IMG/VR virus record: IMGVR_UViG_3300035670_000153
Location: 8,173-72,172 of that record
Source of the DNA: a virus
Length of the DNA: 64,000 nt
Reading direction: 5' to 3' (one strand)
How positions within the stretch are numbered: position 1 is the stretch's first letter; every line of letters starts with the position of its first letter. Both the position numbers and the translations under genes were made by a program. Positions 30,792 to 41,237 of this stretch are shown piece after piece. The notes under the pieces were generated by a model. The model saw nothing but the letters and a program-made list of their open reading frames with translations. It did no database searches and had not been told where the DNA came from.

Positions 30792-33700
30792 TTATCCGAA
30801 TCTAAGAACTACATATTCTTTTAATACATTTTCTTTTTCATCTATTGTTTCATATTTACCATCTATACGTTTTACTTTATTTTCTTCATATATTTTAGGT
30901 ATTTTTAATATATCAAATAATCCAAATATATATTTTTTATCTTGCCAAATATGACCATCTTTAATCCTAGCATATGTTAAAGTCCCATCATTGATTTTAT
31001 ATAATTCTATAAAAGGTTTATTTTTATCTTGTTTAAAAGCTAATTTAGATACTATATAATAATCATCTGCTAGAGTTTTTTCTTTAAGTTTAATATAACC
31101 AATATATTCATTTTCTAAAAATGCTTGTTCTGATAAAGGTAATTTTTCATCTTTAATATCTTTACATAATTCATTAAGCAATTCTCTTGATTGAATATCT
31201 TTAAATGTTTTATCCGTTGATTTTGAATATTTATTTAATAATATCATCATCTTATCATCATTTTCATATTTAGATTTTTTTATGGTTTTAGCTGTATAGA
31301 ATATGTCAAATAACTCTATTATTTTTAATAATTTTTTATTTTTACCAAACGCTTCAAAGTAATTTATTTCTGTTAATATTTTTAGTTGTCTTTTATCTAA
31401 ACAAGTCTTTTCATTTATATCAATTAATAAATCTATAAAAGTATTATAACTATTGATTGATAAAGCATATAGGTCTTCTGCACATTGTTGATTCATAAAT
31501 TTAATAGATAACATAGATTCATTAATAGATTTTAAAGATGATACTGCTGTAAATCCTCTATTGTCATTACCAAATTTTAAATCTCCTAATTTAATACTAA
31601 ATGCTACACCCATTTCTTGTTTGAATTTAGATACTTTATTTTTATTGCCTTTTTGAGAGTAATATTCTAACATAACCTCATAAAACTCTAATGGGTAATT
31701 AGATTTTAGATAGGCACAGAAAACTGAATCTAAAGCATAACAGTATGCATGCGATGCGTTGAACCCGTACTGCGATGCATCTTCTATAATCTGCCAAACC
31801 TTTTTACTCATTTCTGTTGCATTATAAAAATCTATTCCATCATCATTTATTATCTTTTCTCTAAATCCATCTAAAAATCTTTCTTGTAACGGTTTTACTA
31901 TTTTAGGCTTTTTCTTTGAAATTGCTTTTATAATACTATATGTTTCATCTTTTGGAAATCCTGCATAAGCTAATGTTGCCATCATTTGTTCTTGATATAA
32001 AACAAATGACATAGGTAATTCTTCTGTTTGTAATATTTTATCAAATGATGGGATACCATATTCAAATGGCTCTCTTGATTCAAATATATTATACATACTC
32101 TTAAAACTTGGTCTAATAGCTGCAATAAATGCTGTTAACTCAGATATATTACTTGGTTTATATCTCATTGATTTTTTTGTTGTAGATTCTTTCTCAACTT
32201 GATTTACTCCCATAGTATGTCCATCTGCATAAACATTCCAAGTTTTTTTATCAGTTTTTATAATTTGCATTATTTCATTAACTGTATGATGCTTAATTCC
32301 TATTCTATTATATACTTTAGCAATAAGTAAAGTAACATCTGTTTTTAATAAATCATTTTTAAGGAATTTATAATCTTCTGCGATAGCACCATCTATAACA
32401 GTTACAATTACTTCTTTTTTACTTGTTTCGCTTTTAATTTTCATTAATCCTAGTTCAGATTTAATATCTCCTGAGTACAGTAAATAGCCACATGGATGAA
32501 TACTTTTTGATGCTATTATACCTTTATATTTTTTAGATTCCTCATATATGTCTTTATATTTAACATCTACATAATCATAAACATCAACTAAATCTTTTTC
32601 ATCATCATCTGTATATAATAAAGCTTTTTGATATTTATCAAGTTGTTTAGTTACTTCATTAGCTACTTCAAATGATATATTTTGTGATTTTGCATAAAGT
32701 TTAAATGCAGATGAATCCTTAAAAGTTCCCCATGCTATCATAGGATAAACATGTTCTGTTCCAAGTATGTTTTTTTGGGCATCTACAAAAATATCTATTG
32801 TTCCTATATTATGGTCTATATCAGGTAATGAACCTGTTTGTAATATACGAGATTCAGACATAAATCTTTCAGGATATAATCTAACAGGAGATGTTAATCT
32901 ATCTGTATTGCTAAATCCTAATAGTGTATTAGTTAAAAAACTAGCACCAGAACCCCTGCCACTTTTAGTTATAATCCCTCCATTTTTAATACCTTCTTTA
33001 ATAATTTGATAATTCAATAAAAAATAATCAGCCATCTTTGTATTTATTACAATACGAGCTTCTTCTTTGATTGCTTCTTTATAATTATTATGTTCTTCTA
33101 AAGGAATAGTTTCTCCAAATTCATTCCATGATTCAATTAACAAGCTTTTATAAATATCATCTTTTTCTTTCTGTGTTTTATTAGGATATATTGTCGGCAA
33201 TTTAATGTTCTTACTAAATTCAATATCTTCAAACTCTAGTAATAAATTTGTATTTTTCATAGCTCTTAAAATTTCTATTTCAGATAAAACACCTTGTTCT
33301 TTAAATCTATTAAAAGCTGTTTCTCCATTAGGATAATCTAAAAACCATCCTTCTTCATCTTCATATCTTACACCTTTAGCCTCTAATACGTCTAATCTTC
33401 CTTGAGCATCATTTGGGTATATATAATGACTATCACATCCCATAATAATGTCTATACCTTTTTTATGGCTTAATTCTATAATACGTTTATTAATTTCTTT
33501 TTGTTTTGTAGTATTGTGATATTGTACTTCTAAAAAGAAATTTTCTTTGAAATGATTATGTAATTTATTTATTATTTCTTCGATATTTTCATAATAAAAA
33601 AATGTTAAACATGCACTAGTAATCATTACGTTTTTAGGATTAATACTTAATAATAAATCTAAATCTAATCTTGGCTTGTAATAATAACCATCGATATTTG

Positions 33701-34028
33701 CGTCTGACAAAATACGATTGATATCTTTACGTCCATTTTCATTTTTTGCTAAAATACACATATGAGAATTAGTTCTGTCTTTTTCAAATCTATCTATAAC
33801 CCAATATGCTTCAACTCCAAAAATAAATTTCAAATTATACTTTTTAGCATACTCATAAACTTCATAGTATCTCCCTTGGAAACCATGTTCCATACTGCAA
33901 ATTGTTTTATGTCCTAATTCAACGGCTCTTTTTGCATATTCTTCATTTGTAGTAGCTGAATCAGGAGTAAATACATTAGAATAATGAGAATGTCTATGAT
34001 AGTTTTGAAATATTAAGTCTTTTTGCAT
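30792..34028 (-). CDS. dnaE: DNA polymerase III alpha subunit (DnaE-type, with PHP domain)
   Basis: PHP HRHSHYS, GRGSG, PDID, HPCG, KNDLL, YGFNASHA. Confidence 0.95.
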   Translation of the reverse strand: MQKDLIFQNYHRHSHYSNVFTPDSATTNEEYAKRAVELGHKTICSMEHGFQGRYYEVYEYAKKYNLKFIFGVEAYWVIDRFEKDRTNSHMCILAKNENGRKDINRILSDANIDGYYYKPRLDLDLLLSINPKNVMITSACLTFFYYENIEEIINKLHNHFKENFFLEVQYHNTTKQKEINKRIIELSHKKGIDIIMGCDSHYIYPNDAQGRLDVLEAKGVRYEDEEGWFLDYPNGETAFNRFKEQGVLSEIEILRAMKNTNLLLEFEDIEFSKNIKLPTIYPNKTQKEKDDIYKSLLIESWNEFGETIPLEEHNNYKEAIKEEARIVINTKMADYFLLNYQIIKEGIKNGGIITKSGRGSGASFLTNTLLGFSNTDRLTSPVRLYPERFMSESRILQTGSLPDIDHNIGTIDIFVDAQKNILGTEHVYPMIAWGTFKDSSAFKLYAKSQNISFEVANEVTKQLDKYQKALLYTDDDEKDLVDVYDYVDVKYKDIYEESKKYKGIIASKSIHPCGYLLYSGDIKSELGLMKIKSETSKKEVIVTVIDGAIAEDYKFLKNDLLKTDVTLLIAKVYNRIGIKHHTVNEIMQIIKTDKKTWNVYADGHTMGVNQVEKESTTKKSMRYKPSNISELTAFIAAIRPSFKSMYNIFESREPFEYGIPSFDKILQTEELPMSFVLYQEQMMATLAYAGFPKDETYSIIKAISKKKPKIVKPLQERFLDGFREKIINDDGIDFYNATEMSKKVWQIIEDASQYGFNASHAYCYALDSVFCAYLKSNYPLEFYEVMLEYYSQKGNKNKVSKFKQEMGVAFSIKLGDLKFGNDNRGFTAVSSLKSINESMLSIKFMNQQCAEDLYALSINSYNTFIDLLIDINEKTCLDKRQLKILTEINYFEAFGKNKKLLKIIELFDIFYTAKTIKKSKYENDDKMMILLNKYSKSTDKTFKDIQSRELLNELCKDIKDEKLPLSEQAFLENEYIGYIKLKEKTLADDYYIVSKLAFKQDKNKPFIELYKINDGTLTYARIKDGHIWQDKKYIFGLFDILKIPKIYEENKVKRIDGKYETIDEKENVLKEYVVLRFG

Positions 34029-34123
34029 TATAATCTCCTTTCTAAAATAAAAAAGTTGATAAATATATTATCAACTTAATTATATCATTTACTTTTTACT
34101 TTGTCAAAGAGTAATTTATATTA

Positions 34124-35317
34124 TTATAATAACCCCAATGTTTCCAAAATACTTTCATCATTATCTTCTTCATCTTTATAATTATTAATAGATTGATTTT
34201 TATTATTACCATTAAAAAATTTCTGAGAATCTAAAAATTTCTTATAACATTTACATTGAATAGGTCTATATCCACATATATTACTACAAAAGAAGAAATC
34301 TTTTTCTAATACTTCTCTTTCCCATATCTTATTTTTTTCATCTTCATTTATAGCTTGTTCTGTAAGTTTTTCTTTTTTATAAATTTCAATAATTTTATCA
34401 TTTAACTCTTCTTCAAGGTTTGATGTTATTTCTTTAGATAATGGTATGTAAATATAACAATCAGATACAATATATTTTTGTTTTATATCATCAGGAAATG
34501 AATTCAAATTATTATCTTCAATAGCTTTATCTAACATTTGTTCTATTTCAAATTCACTATATTGTTTGCTATCTTTTAAATTCATTCTTAAAGGACTTTT
34601 AATTTTAGCTACCCATGACCATCTTTCGGAATTAGTAGTTTTTTCTTTTCCATTTTTTTGGATATAAGTTATTGAATTATATTTTAAAAAATTCCATCTG
34701 ATTTTTATATTTTCTAATGGAATTCCTTTTTGATTTAATCCTAAAGCATATAATATTAATTGTCTACCTTCTTTTTCAATTTTTGCACCTGTATAAATTG
34801 TACTACTTTTATAATCGGTTATTATATAATCATTTTCATTTTTGTGTATAGCATCTATATATCCTTGAAAGTAGTTATTCCCTACTTTAATCATAATATG
34901 TTGTTCACATAATACTTTTTTTTGTACTGGTATATGATTAGAAAAAAAATGACGCATACAAGTAAAATATTTATCTTCTATATTTTGATTACGTTCTTTA
35001 TTATTTTTATCAAATTTTTTTTCATCCATTACCATTGTTAAAATACACATTTCAGATTCTGTTATCATATCTTCATATGTTATAATGCCTTTATAGAATT
35101 TTTCTAAAATATCGTGAAATTGTCCTCCTAAAATAGAATATATATTTGTATCTAATTCTTTAATGTTTCTAATATATTTTAAGTAATAAGAATAAGAGCA
35201 ATTAATGTAGCAATTAACCCTTGAAAAACTCCATATCCTAGATACGTTATATTTCTTTTTTAAATCCTCCAAACTAGTTTTATATGATTCTTGATTTGAT
35301 ACATTTTTTTTATCCAT
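34124..35317 (-). CDS. PD-(D/E)XK nuclease (AddB/Cas4-like)
   Basis: SFSR..C, G..FH, GYIDAI, DYKS, QL.LY, C-terminal Cys cluster. Confidence 0.82.
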   Translation of the reverse strand: MDKKNVSNQESYKTSLEDLKKKYNVSRIWSFSRVNCYINCSYSYYLKYIRNIKELDTNIYSILGGQFHDILEKFYKGIITYEDMITESEMCILTMVMDEKKFDKNNKERNQNIEDKYFTCMRHFFSNHIPVQKKVLCEQHIMIKVGNNYFQGYIDAIHKNENDYIITDYKSSTIYTGAKIEKEGRQLILYALGLNQKGIPLENIKIRWNFLKYNSITYIQKNGKEKTTNSERWSWVAKIKSPLRMNLKDSKQYSEFEIEQMLDKAIEDNNLNSFPDDIKQKYIVSDCYIYIPLSKEITSNLEEELNDKIIEIYKKEKLTEQAINEDEKNKIWEREVLEKDFFFCSNICGYRPIQCKCYKKFLDSQKFFNGNNKNQSINNYKDEEDNDESILETLGLL

Positions 35318-35344
35318 AAATCACCTATTTCCTATTATTATAAT

Positions 35345-36370
35345 TCATTTAACTTTTACTTTATATTTATATAAATAATCAAATACTTTCTTTTTATTAT
35401 CTACAGGACTCATCTTTGATTTTAATAAATCATATTTATTAATTATGTAACTTACATTACGCATTATTTTAAACTTATTACATGTTTCAATAACATATTC
35501 TTCTGTAATATCTTCATCGAATGCTATGCATATATCAACATCAAGACTTATTAATATATTAACTTGTTCAATAGATATATCATGTCCTAATATAGCTACA
35601 GCATTATTATATTTCCATGTAGCCATTTTTAAAACTGATTTTTCAGATTCAAAGACGATTACTTCTCCTGCTTTTTGTATGTCATGATAGTTTTCTTGTA
35701 AGCCATATACATTTAATGTTTTAGGAAATGGTATAATAGCATTATATTTTGGTATTCCTAAAATTTCATAATCTTTTAATGTTGTTCTTCCTTTACATCC
35801 AATAAAATCATTATCTCCACCACTCCAATACCGTTGAGGGATTGTTATTCTACTACTATAAGGGCAATATCCTAGTTTAAATTTTTCTTGTATATCTTGA
35901 GGTATTCCTTCTCTAAACCACCATATATTAGGTTTATTAATAAATTTATCTAATATTTTTTCATCATATATCTTTAAATCTATATTATTGTTGTTATACT
36001 GAGGACATGATACTTTTTTAAATATCTCTAATATATCTATTTTATTTTCTTTTTGTTTAGATAATATCTCATATTTTAAACCTAACAATTTATGTAATGC
36101 TTTTATAGCATGTATAAAACTTAATCCTTTTAATTCCATTATTAAAGTAATAATATCTCCAGAATATGTTTTTGATTCAGTATATACATTTATTTTCAAT
36201 GAATCTTTTTTAATTGATATAGCTGTAGTATTTCTTTTATTAGGCATTCCTGCTCTATATTCATTCGGATATGTTTTTATTGAATGACATTGTAGAGCAT
36301 CTAATATTTTTGGTACTAAATTATTTGATGATATGTATTGTTTTAAATCTAATGCATCCATTAAAAACAC
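35345..36370 (-). CDS. dnaG: DNA primase (TOPRIM)
   Basis: RITIP, GCKGRT, VFESEKS, AFDED; adjacent to the helicase. Confidence 0.85.
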   Translation of the reverse strand: MFLMDALDLKQYISSNNLVPKILDALQCHSIKTYPNEYRAGMPNKRNTTAISIKKDSLKINVYTESKTYSGDIITLIMELKGLSFIHAIKALHKLLGLKYEILSKQKENKIDILEIFKKVSCPQYNNNNIDLKIYDEKILDKFINKPNIWWFREGIPQDIQEKFKLGYCPYSSRITIPQRYWSGGDNDFIGCKGRTTLKDYEILGIPKYNAIIPFPKTLNVYGLQENYHDIQKAGEVIVFESEKSVLKMATWKYNNAVAILGHDISIEQVNILISLDVDICIAFDEDITEEYVIETCNKFKIMRNVSYIINKYDLLKSKMSPVDNKKKVFDYLYKYKVKVK

Positions 36371-36391
36371 ATCCTTTATAATTATTTAAAA

Positions 36392-37840
36392 TTAATAATC
36401 TTCTGGAACATTAGTTATTCCAATTTCTTGATATATATTTCTGGCTAGATTTACTTCTACAACAATTTGGAACATATGTGACTCACCTTCTCGATTCTTA
36501 TCAATGAATAATACTATGTAAGTTTTATTTGGGTCTAATATAACAGGTATTTTTGATTTATTTCTAGAACCTTCTAATCTATATACCTTTAATTCCTTTT
36601 TCCCTTCTTGTTTTTCATCGTCTCTAACATGACGCATTAATATAACTGTAGAACAAACATCTGTAACATTCTTTGACATACCAATATTATCTTGTGTTAG
36701 ATATCTACTCCCTGCTTTATCTTTTTTTAATTGTAATGTACACCATAAATGAACATTTTTATTTGCAGGTTTTACAGTATCATACAACTTTCTCATATCG
36801 TGCATCATTTCTTCCCATGTTTGTTTCTGAGATGGTGTATCTCCTGCTTTAAATGTATCTAATATAAAATATTTTACACCAAGAGAAGCATATTTGCAAA
36901 TAATTTTTTGCATAATTCCAACATTATATGTAGATAAAGGTATAATTGTAATATTTCTATTATCCTTTTTAGCTTCTAACCAATCAGCAGCTTCATGTAA
37001 CCATTTTTTTTCTTCGTCTGAAAATTGACCTTGACGTAATCTTTTTTTGTTAAATTTATAACCCATTTCATTATTAACAACCCAAGTCAACATTTCTTTT
37101 CTTAATTTTTTTTCATCTTGTTCATTAATAACCATTATACACTGTTCGTTTTGTTCTATTATCGAAGATAAAAGTATTTGTAATGTTATTGTTGTCTTAC
37201 CTGTACCACTTGAAGCACCTAACAATGTTACATTACCAAGTATATTTCCTCCTACTAAATCATTTAATAGTGGAGCTCTTAAAGGCAATCCTATATCTGC
37301 CCCTTTATCACAATCATCAATCAAGGCATGTAATCCTTCACATAAATTATGACTTTTAATAGATGTTTCATTATTGATAAATACATCATTCAGTTTGGCA
37401 GTGTAAAAATTATATATATCATCACTACTCATATCTTTTAATGTATCAAAGTGTTCATTAATACGGAATACATTTTCAGCAAGCTTTAGCATTGAATTCA
37501 GTTTATTTAATTCTAATATATACCCTTCTAAATTAGCTAAGTTAATATATTTTGTAGTAGCATTAATTGATTCAAATCCACCTGTTAATTTATATTGTTT
37601 TTCCATTTCTGGGTTTTTCATTATAAAAAACCCAATAGTTTCTCTATCTAAAACAGGTTTTTTTTCTTGAATAACAATTGTTTTTGCAATATTAAAATAA
37701 AATTTCCATATATCAGAATGAAAATCATCAATATTTAAATTACTATATTCATATAAAGCCTCAGTATTTTTATAAATGCATGCTACAATATTTGCTTCAC
37801 ATGGTAATTTCATATCTTTAATTCTTTGAATTAAGCCCAT
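36392..37840 (-). CDS. dnaB: Replicative DnaB-like helicase
   Basis: Walker A GASSGTGKT, ILDT, LQL, DKNREG. Confidence 0.88.
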   Translation of the reverse strand: MGLIQRIKDMKLPCEANIVACIYKNTEALYEYSNLNIDDFHSDIWKFYFNIAKTIVIQEKKPVLDRETIGFFIMKNPEMEKQYKLTGGFESINATTKYINLANLEGYILELNKLNSMLKLAENVFRINEHFDTLKDMSSDDIYNFYTAKLNDVFINNETSIKSHNLCEGLHALIDDCDKGADIGLPLRAPLLNDLVGGNILGNVTLLGASSGTGKTTITLQILLSSIIEQNEQCIMVINEQDEKKLRKEMLTWVVNNEMGYKFNKKRLRQGQFSDEEKKWLHEAADWLEAKKDNRNITIIPLSTYNVGIMQKIICKYASLGVKYFILDTFKAGDTPSQKQTWEEMMHDMRKLYDTVKPANKNVHLWCTLQLKKDKAGSRYLTQDNIGMSKNVTDVCSTVILMRHVRDDEKQEGKKELKVYRLEGSRNKSKIPVILDPNKTYIVLFIDKNREGESHMFQIVVEVNLARNIYQEIGITNVPEDY

Positions 37841-37864
37841 AATAATATCTCCTTTTATTTTAAT

Positions 37865-38479
37865 TTACCATATATCTTTTAATGTTTTTGCTACTTTATT
37901 TTCAGTTTTATTTTGTTGTGTGGTATCTATTATATCTTTTTTATCATCATGTTTAGTATCTGTATTTACATTATAACTAAAATCATCTAAATCTAAATTA
38001 TTAATTTTTGATTCTGATTGTTTAACTCTTTCTAATCTTAATACAGTATCATTTAAATTTTTTTCGATAATAACCATTATAGTATTAAATTTATGCATTT
38101 CATCTTGAAACGTTTTATCCCCTATCATATTTAATATTTCAATCTTCTTTGCCATAAAAGTATATAATATAGATTTATAGCTATACTTAGCATTTTTATC
38201 TAATTTAGAACTTATAACAAAATTACCATCTTTTAATCCTTTTAACCTTAATACCATAAACCTATTCAAACTCATGATAGATGTATATTGCATTATTTCT
38301 TTTCTAACATACTCATATAACTCTATCCACTCTTTATTTTCAGATTCATTATTGAGTTTTATATCATAGCAATTCATATGATATTTTAGATTTTTATAAA
38401 TCACATATTCTTTTGTAAGTTCTCCACATATTTTACATTTAGATGCTCTAGTTGATTTTTTTACTACTACATCTTCCAT
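37865..38479 (-). CDS. Conserved replication-module protein (N-terminal CxxC..HxxC)
   Basis: Position between the helicase and AAA ATPase, as in SPbeta-like phages. Confidence 0.7.
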   Translation of the reverse strand: MEDVVVKKSTRASKCKICGELTKEYVIYKNLKYHMNCYDIKLNNESENKEWIELYEYVRKEIMQYTSIMSLNRFMVLRLKGLKDGNFVISSKLDKNAKYSYKSILYTFMAKKIEILNMIGDKTFQDEMHKFNTIMVIIEKNLNDTVLRLERVKQSESKINNLDLDDFSYNVNTDTKHDDKKDIIDTTQQNKTENKVAKTLKDIW

Positions 38480-38566
38480 TATATCACCTCGTCTTATAAT
38501 ATTTTATTCTCTATTAATATTATAATGGATTACATTAAAAAATGCAACCCATTATTATAAAAAATA

Positions 38567-39685
38567 TTATATTATAGCATTCATTAATTGTCTTGCTGTT
38601 TCAATATCATTAAAATCTATAGGACTTTTTATTCCTAATTCTGCTACTTTATCAAGTAATGGTTTTAATGATTCTTTGTTCCCTACATTGCTTTTAGCAA
38701 ATTCCTTTATTTTAATCTTAATATCTTCTATTTCTTTAAGATTGTTTGTTTTAGATAATTCTTTATTCATTTTATCATTTTTCTCATTTTCTTGTTGTTT
38801 CTGTATATCTTCCATTTGTTCTATGTTTCCTGTTTTTTCATATTCAGATTTAATTGCATCTTTGATAGCGTTAATTAATTCATCTGCATCTAAATTTATT
38901 TCCTCAATTATATTTGCAAATCTACTTCCACTATCTAAAGCCATATTATCATCCCTAAACTTGATTTTTCTACTTTCATTAGTAACTTTATTAACTGTTA
39001 TATCTTTTTTAGTTACAATATTTTTTTTACCAGTTTTTTCAGTAATAATAGTTCTATCATAATAAGCTAATCCAATAAAATGCATTTTCTTTTTTAATAA
39101 GTTAAAATATATTTTTTCTACATCAGATGTTAAAGTTTGATAAGTTGTTCCACTTGCTATATCCGTTATATCTCTATTTTTAACGTGACCAATAATAATA
39201 GTTGATATACCAATCTTTTTTAAACGTGTAATAACTTCAAACATTAAATCAAATGCTTTAGCTTGCCCTTTTTGGAATCCACCTTCGGTAGCGTTAATAG
39301 AATCTGCTTTTTTATCTATGTTATTTCTATTCCATTTTCTAATTACTTCGTTTTCTGCTAACTTTATCCATCCATCATATGTGTCAACAACAATAGTTTT
39401 TAAATCTTTATAATCAGTTGTTCTATTATCTTCTATATCATCAAGGATATCTTGTAACTCTCCCCATTCATCTATATCTTCTGCTACAATCCCATTGATA
39501 GCATCAGCTCCTGCTTCTCCTGCCATTTCAAGGAACATATATCCTTCGTCTCCGACTAATTTTTCCAAAAATTCTTTAACTACTGTAGTCTTCCCGATTT
39601 TCGATTCTCCTAAAATGCATATATTATATGCTAAAGGGTCAATTTTTACAACATTCTTTTTACCGTATTTACGACTTGTTGACAT
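38567..39685 (-). CDS. AAA_24/Sak4-like P-loop ATPase
   Basis: GESKIGKTT, VVDT, IIGH, GSRF. Confidence 0.82.
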   Translation of the reverse strand: MSTSRKYGKKNVVKIDPLAYNICILGESKIGKTTVVKEFLEKLVGDEGYMFLEMAGEAGADAINGIVAEDIDEWGELQDILDDIEDNRTTDYKDLKTIVVDTYDGWIKLAENEVIRKWNRNNIDKKADSINATEGGFQKGQAKAFDLMFEVITRLKKIGISTIIIGHVKNRDITDIASGTTYQTLTSDVEKIYFNLLKKKMHFIGLAYYDRTIITEKTGKKNIVTKKDITVNKVTNESRKIKFRDDNMALDSGSRFANIIEEINLDADELINAIKDAIKSEYEKTGNIEQMEDIQKQQENEKNDKMNKELSKTNNLKEIEDIKIKIKEFAKSNVGNKESLKPLLDKVAELGIKSPIDFNDIETARQLMNAII

Positions 39686-39710
39686 TTCACACTCTCCTTA
39701 AAATATTTTT

Positions 39711-39743
39711 AAAATAAATAGGGCATTGTACCCTATTTATTTT
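39711..39743 (-). terminator. Terminator hairpin
   Basis: AAAATAAATAGGG / CCCTATTTATTTT. Confidence 0.6.
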
Positions 39744-39776
39744 AATGTATATTAATTTTTATATGAGCTTATATTA

Positions 39777-41051
39777 TTAATCTAAATTATTTAACCAATC
39801 ATCACTATCATTTTCTGATGTTGTATTATTATCTTCATCTGAATTTTCTTTTTTTAATTCTACTTTCTTTGGTACATCTAAGACTAAAGCATCTTCTGAG
39901 TATTTACCTTCAAAGAATAATGGTTTTGATGTAGATGTTCCATCATCATTATTTTTTACCTCAATATATGGTTTAGTAATTACTAATTTTAAAACTCTAT
40001 CACCTTTTACTACTAATTTCTTCATTATTTCTTCTTTACTATAAAGTCCTAAATCAATTAATTCTTGCATATCATCAGGAATATCTTTTTCATCAATTTT
40101 CCCTACAGGAGCACCTTCTATAATATCTCCTTCAACCGTTAATTCATTAACATCTTTTCTAACTTTGAAGAATTTAGTTAAGAATTTTTTAATTAACTCA
40201 TTGCTCATTTTTTCTGTTGATTCATTAATATAAAAATTTACATTATAAGGAATCATTTTTTTAATTTCTACTTCATTTAATTCTTTACAATAATCAATAA
40301 CTCTAGCATCAATTATGTACTGTCTTGATTCTTTATCTAATTCTTTAACACTGTCTCTATCAAGTAACAATGTTTGTGTAAATGTAGCTTTTTTAGCAGG
40401 TAATTCTCCTTTGTCATTAAACCTAGCTAAATAAATACTTGTGATATCTTTTTTAATTTGGGTATTACCTTTATAAAAACCATATTTCAATTGACCACCC
40501 ACATGAATTAACATGTTATCTTTTAAATGTGTTTTTGTATACGCAATAGCATCATACCAACTTAAAAACCTTTTCTTAATCATTTTTACTTGTTTTTCTA
40601 CTAGAACATCTTCAACCTCAGATGTACCATCTTCATTTAAAATTTCTTGTTTAGCAACAACAACATAAACACCATCATCTGTTAATTTAAATGTTTCATT
40701 ATCAGCCAATATACTTTTATCAGGCTCTAATTCAATGGTAACAAATTTTAAATTACTAACATCTTTATGCATTTTCTCATCATTTCTATCTTGCCAATCA
40801 ATTTCCCATTTATTTTTGCTATCTGTACCTGAGAATACTTTTATAGGATTATCTTTATTTGTAAAGAATCCACCCATAGCACCAGCATAAATGATATTTG
40901 TATCTGATGTTTTTACTCCGATGTTTAAATTAGAATATTTGTATCCTGTCTTTTGTGATAATTCATCAATCTTAAAAGTATAATCAGACACCTTTACATT
41001 TCCTGTTAATGAAAAATATGATTTTTCTTTTTTTAATTCTGCCATAGTCAA
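39777..41051 (-). CDS. Putative ssDNA-binding/replication protein
   Basis: OB-like beta-rich sequence, acidic tail DDWL; SPbeta-like synteny. Confidence 0.6.
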   Translation of the reverse strand: MTMAELKKEKSYFSLTGNVKVSDYTFKIDELSQKTGYKYSNLNIGVKTSDTNIIYAGAMGGFFTNKDNPIKVFSGTDSKNKWEIDWQDRNDEKMHKDVSNLKFVTIELEPDKSILADNETFKLTDDGVYVVVAKQEILNEDGTSEVEDVLVEKQVKMIKKRFLSWYDAIAYTKTHLKDNMLIHVGGQLKYGFYKGNTQIKKDITSIYLARFNDKGELPAKKATFTQTLLLDRDSVKELDKESRQYIIDARVIDYCKELNEVEIKKMIPYNVNFYINESTEKMSNELIKKFLTKFFKVRKDVNELTVEGDIIEGAPVGKIDEKDIPDDMQELIDLGLYSKEEIMKKLVVKGDRVLKLVITKPYIEVKNNDDGTSTSKPLFFEGKYSEDALVLDVPKKVELKKENSDEDNNTTSENDSDDWLNNLD

Positions 41052-41237
41052 CCTCCGTTATAATATTTTTTATTTTATTACATATATATAATATCATACT
41101 CTAATGTTGTTGTCAAATATTATTATTAAATATTTTTTAAATAAATTTAAAACATTAGAGTATGATTATAAAAATTAAAAATCTATATAAACAATTGATT
41201 TAACAATTGATGAATCGGATATTTAAATTTAATATTT

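Noticed and set aside
34124-35317. Cas4 as evidence of a CRISPR adaptation module
   Set aside because: It lies within the replication operon between primase and DnaE; a typical phage PD-(D/E)XK exonuclease with no cas1/cas2.
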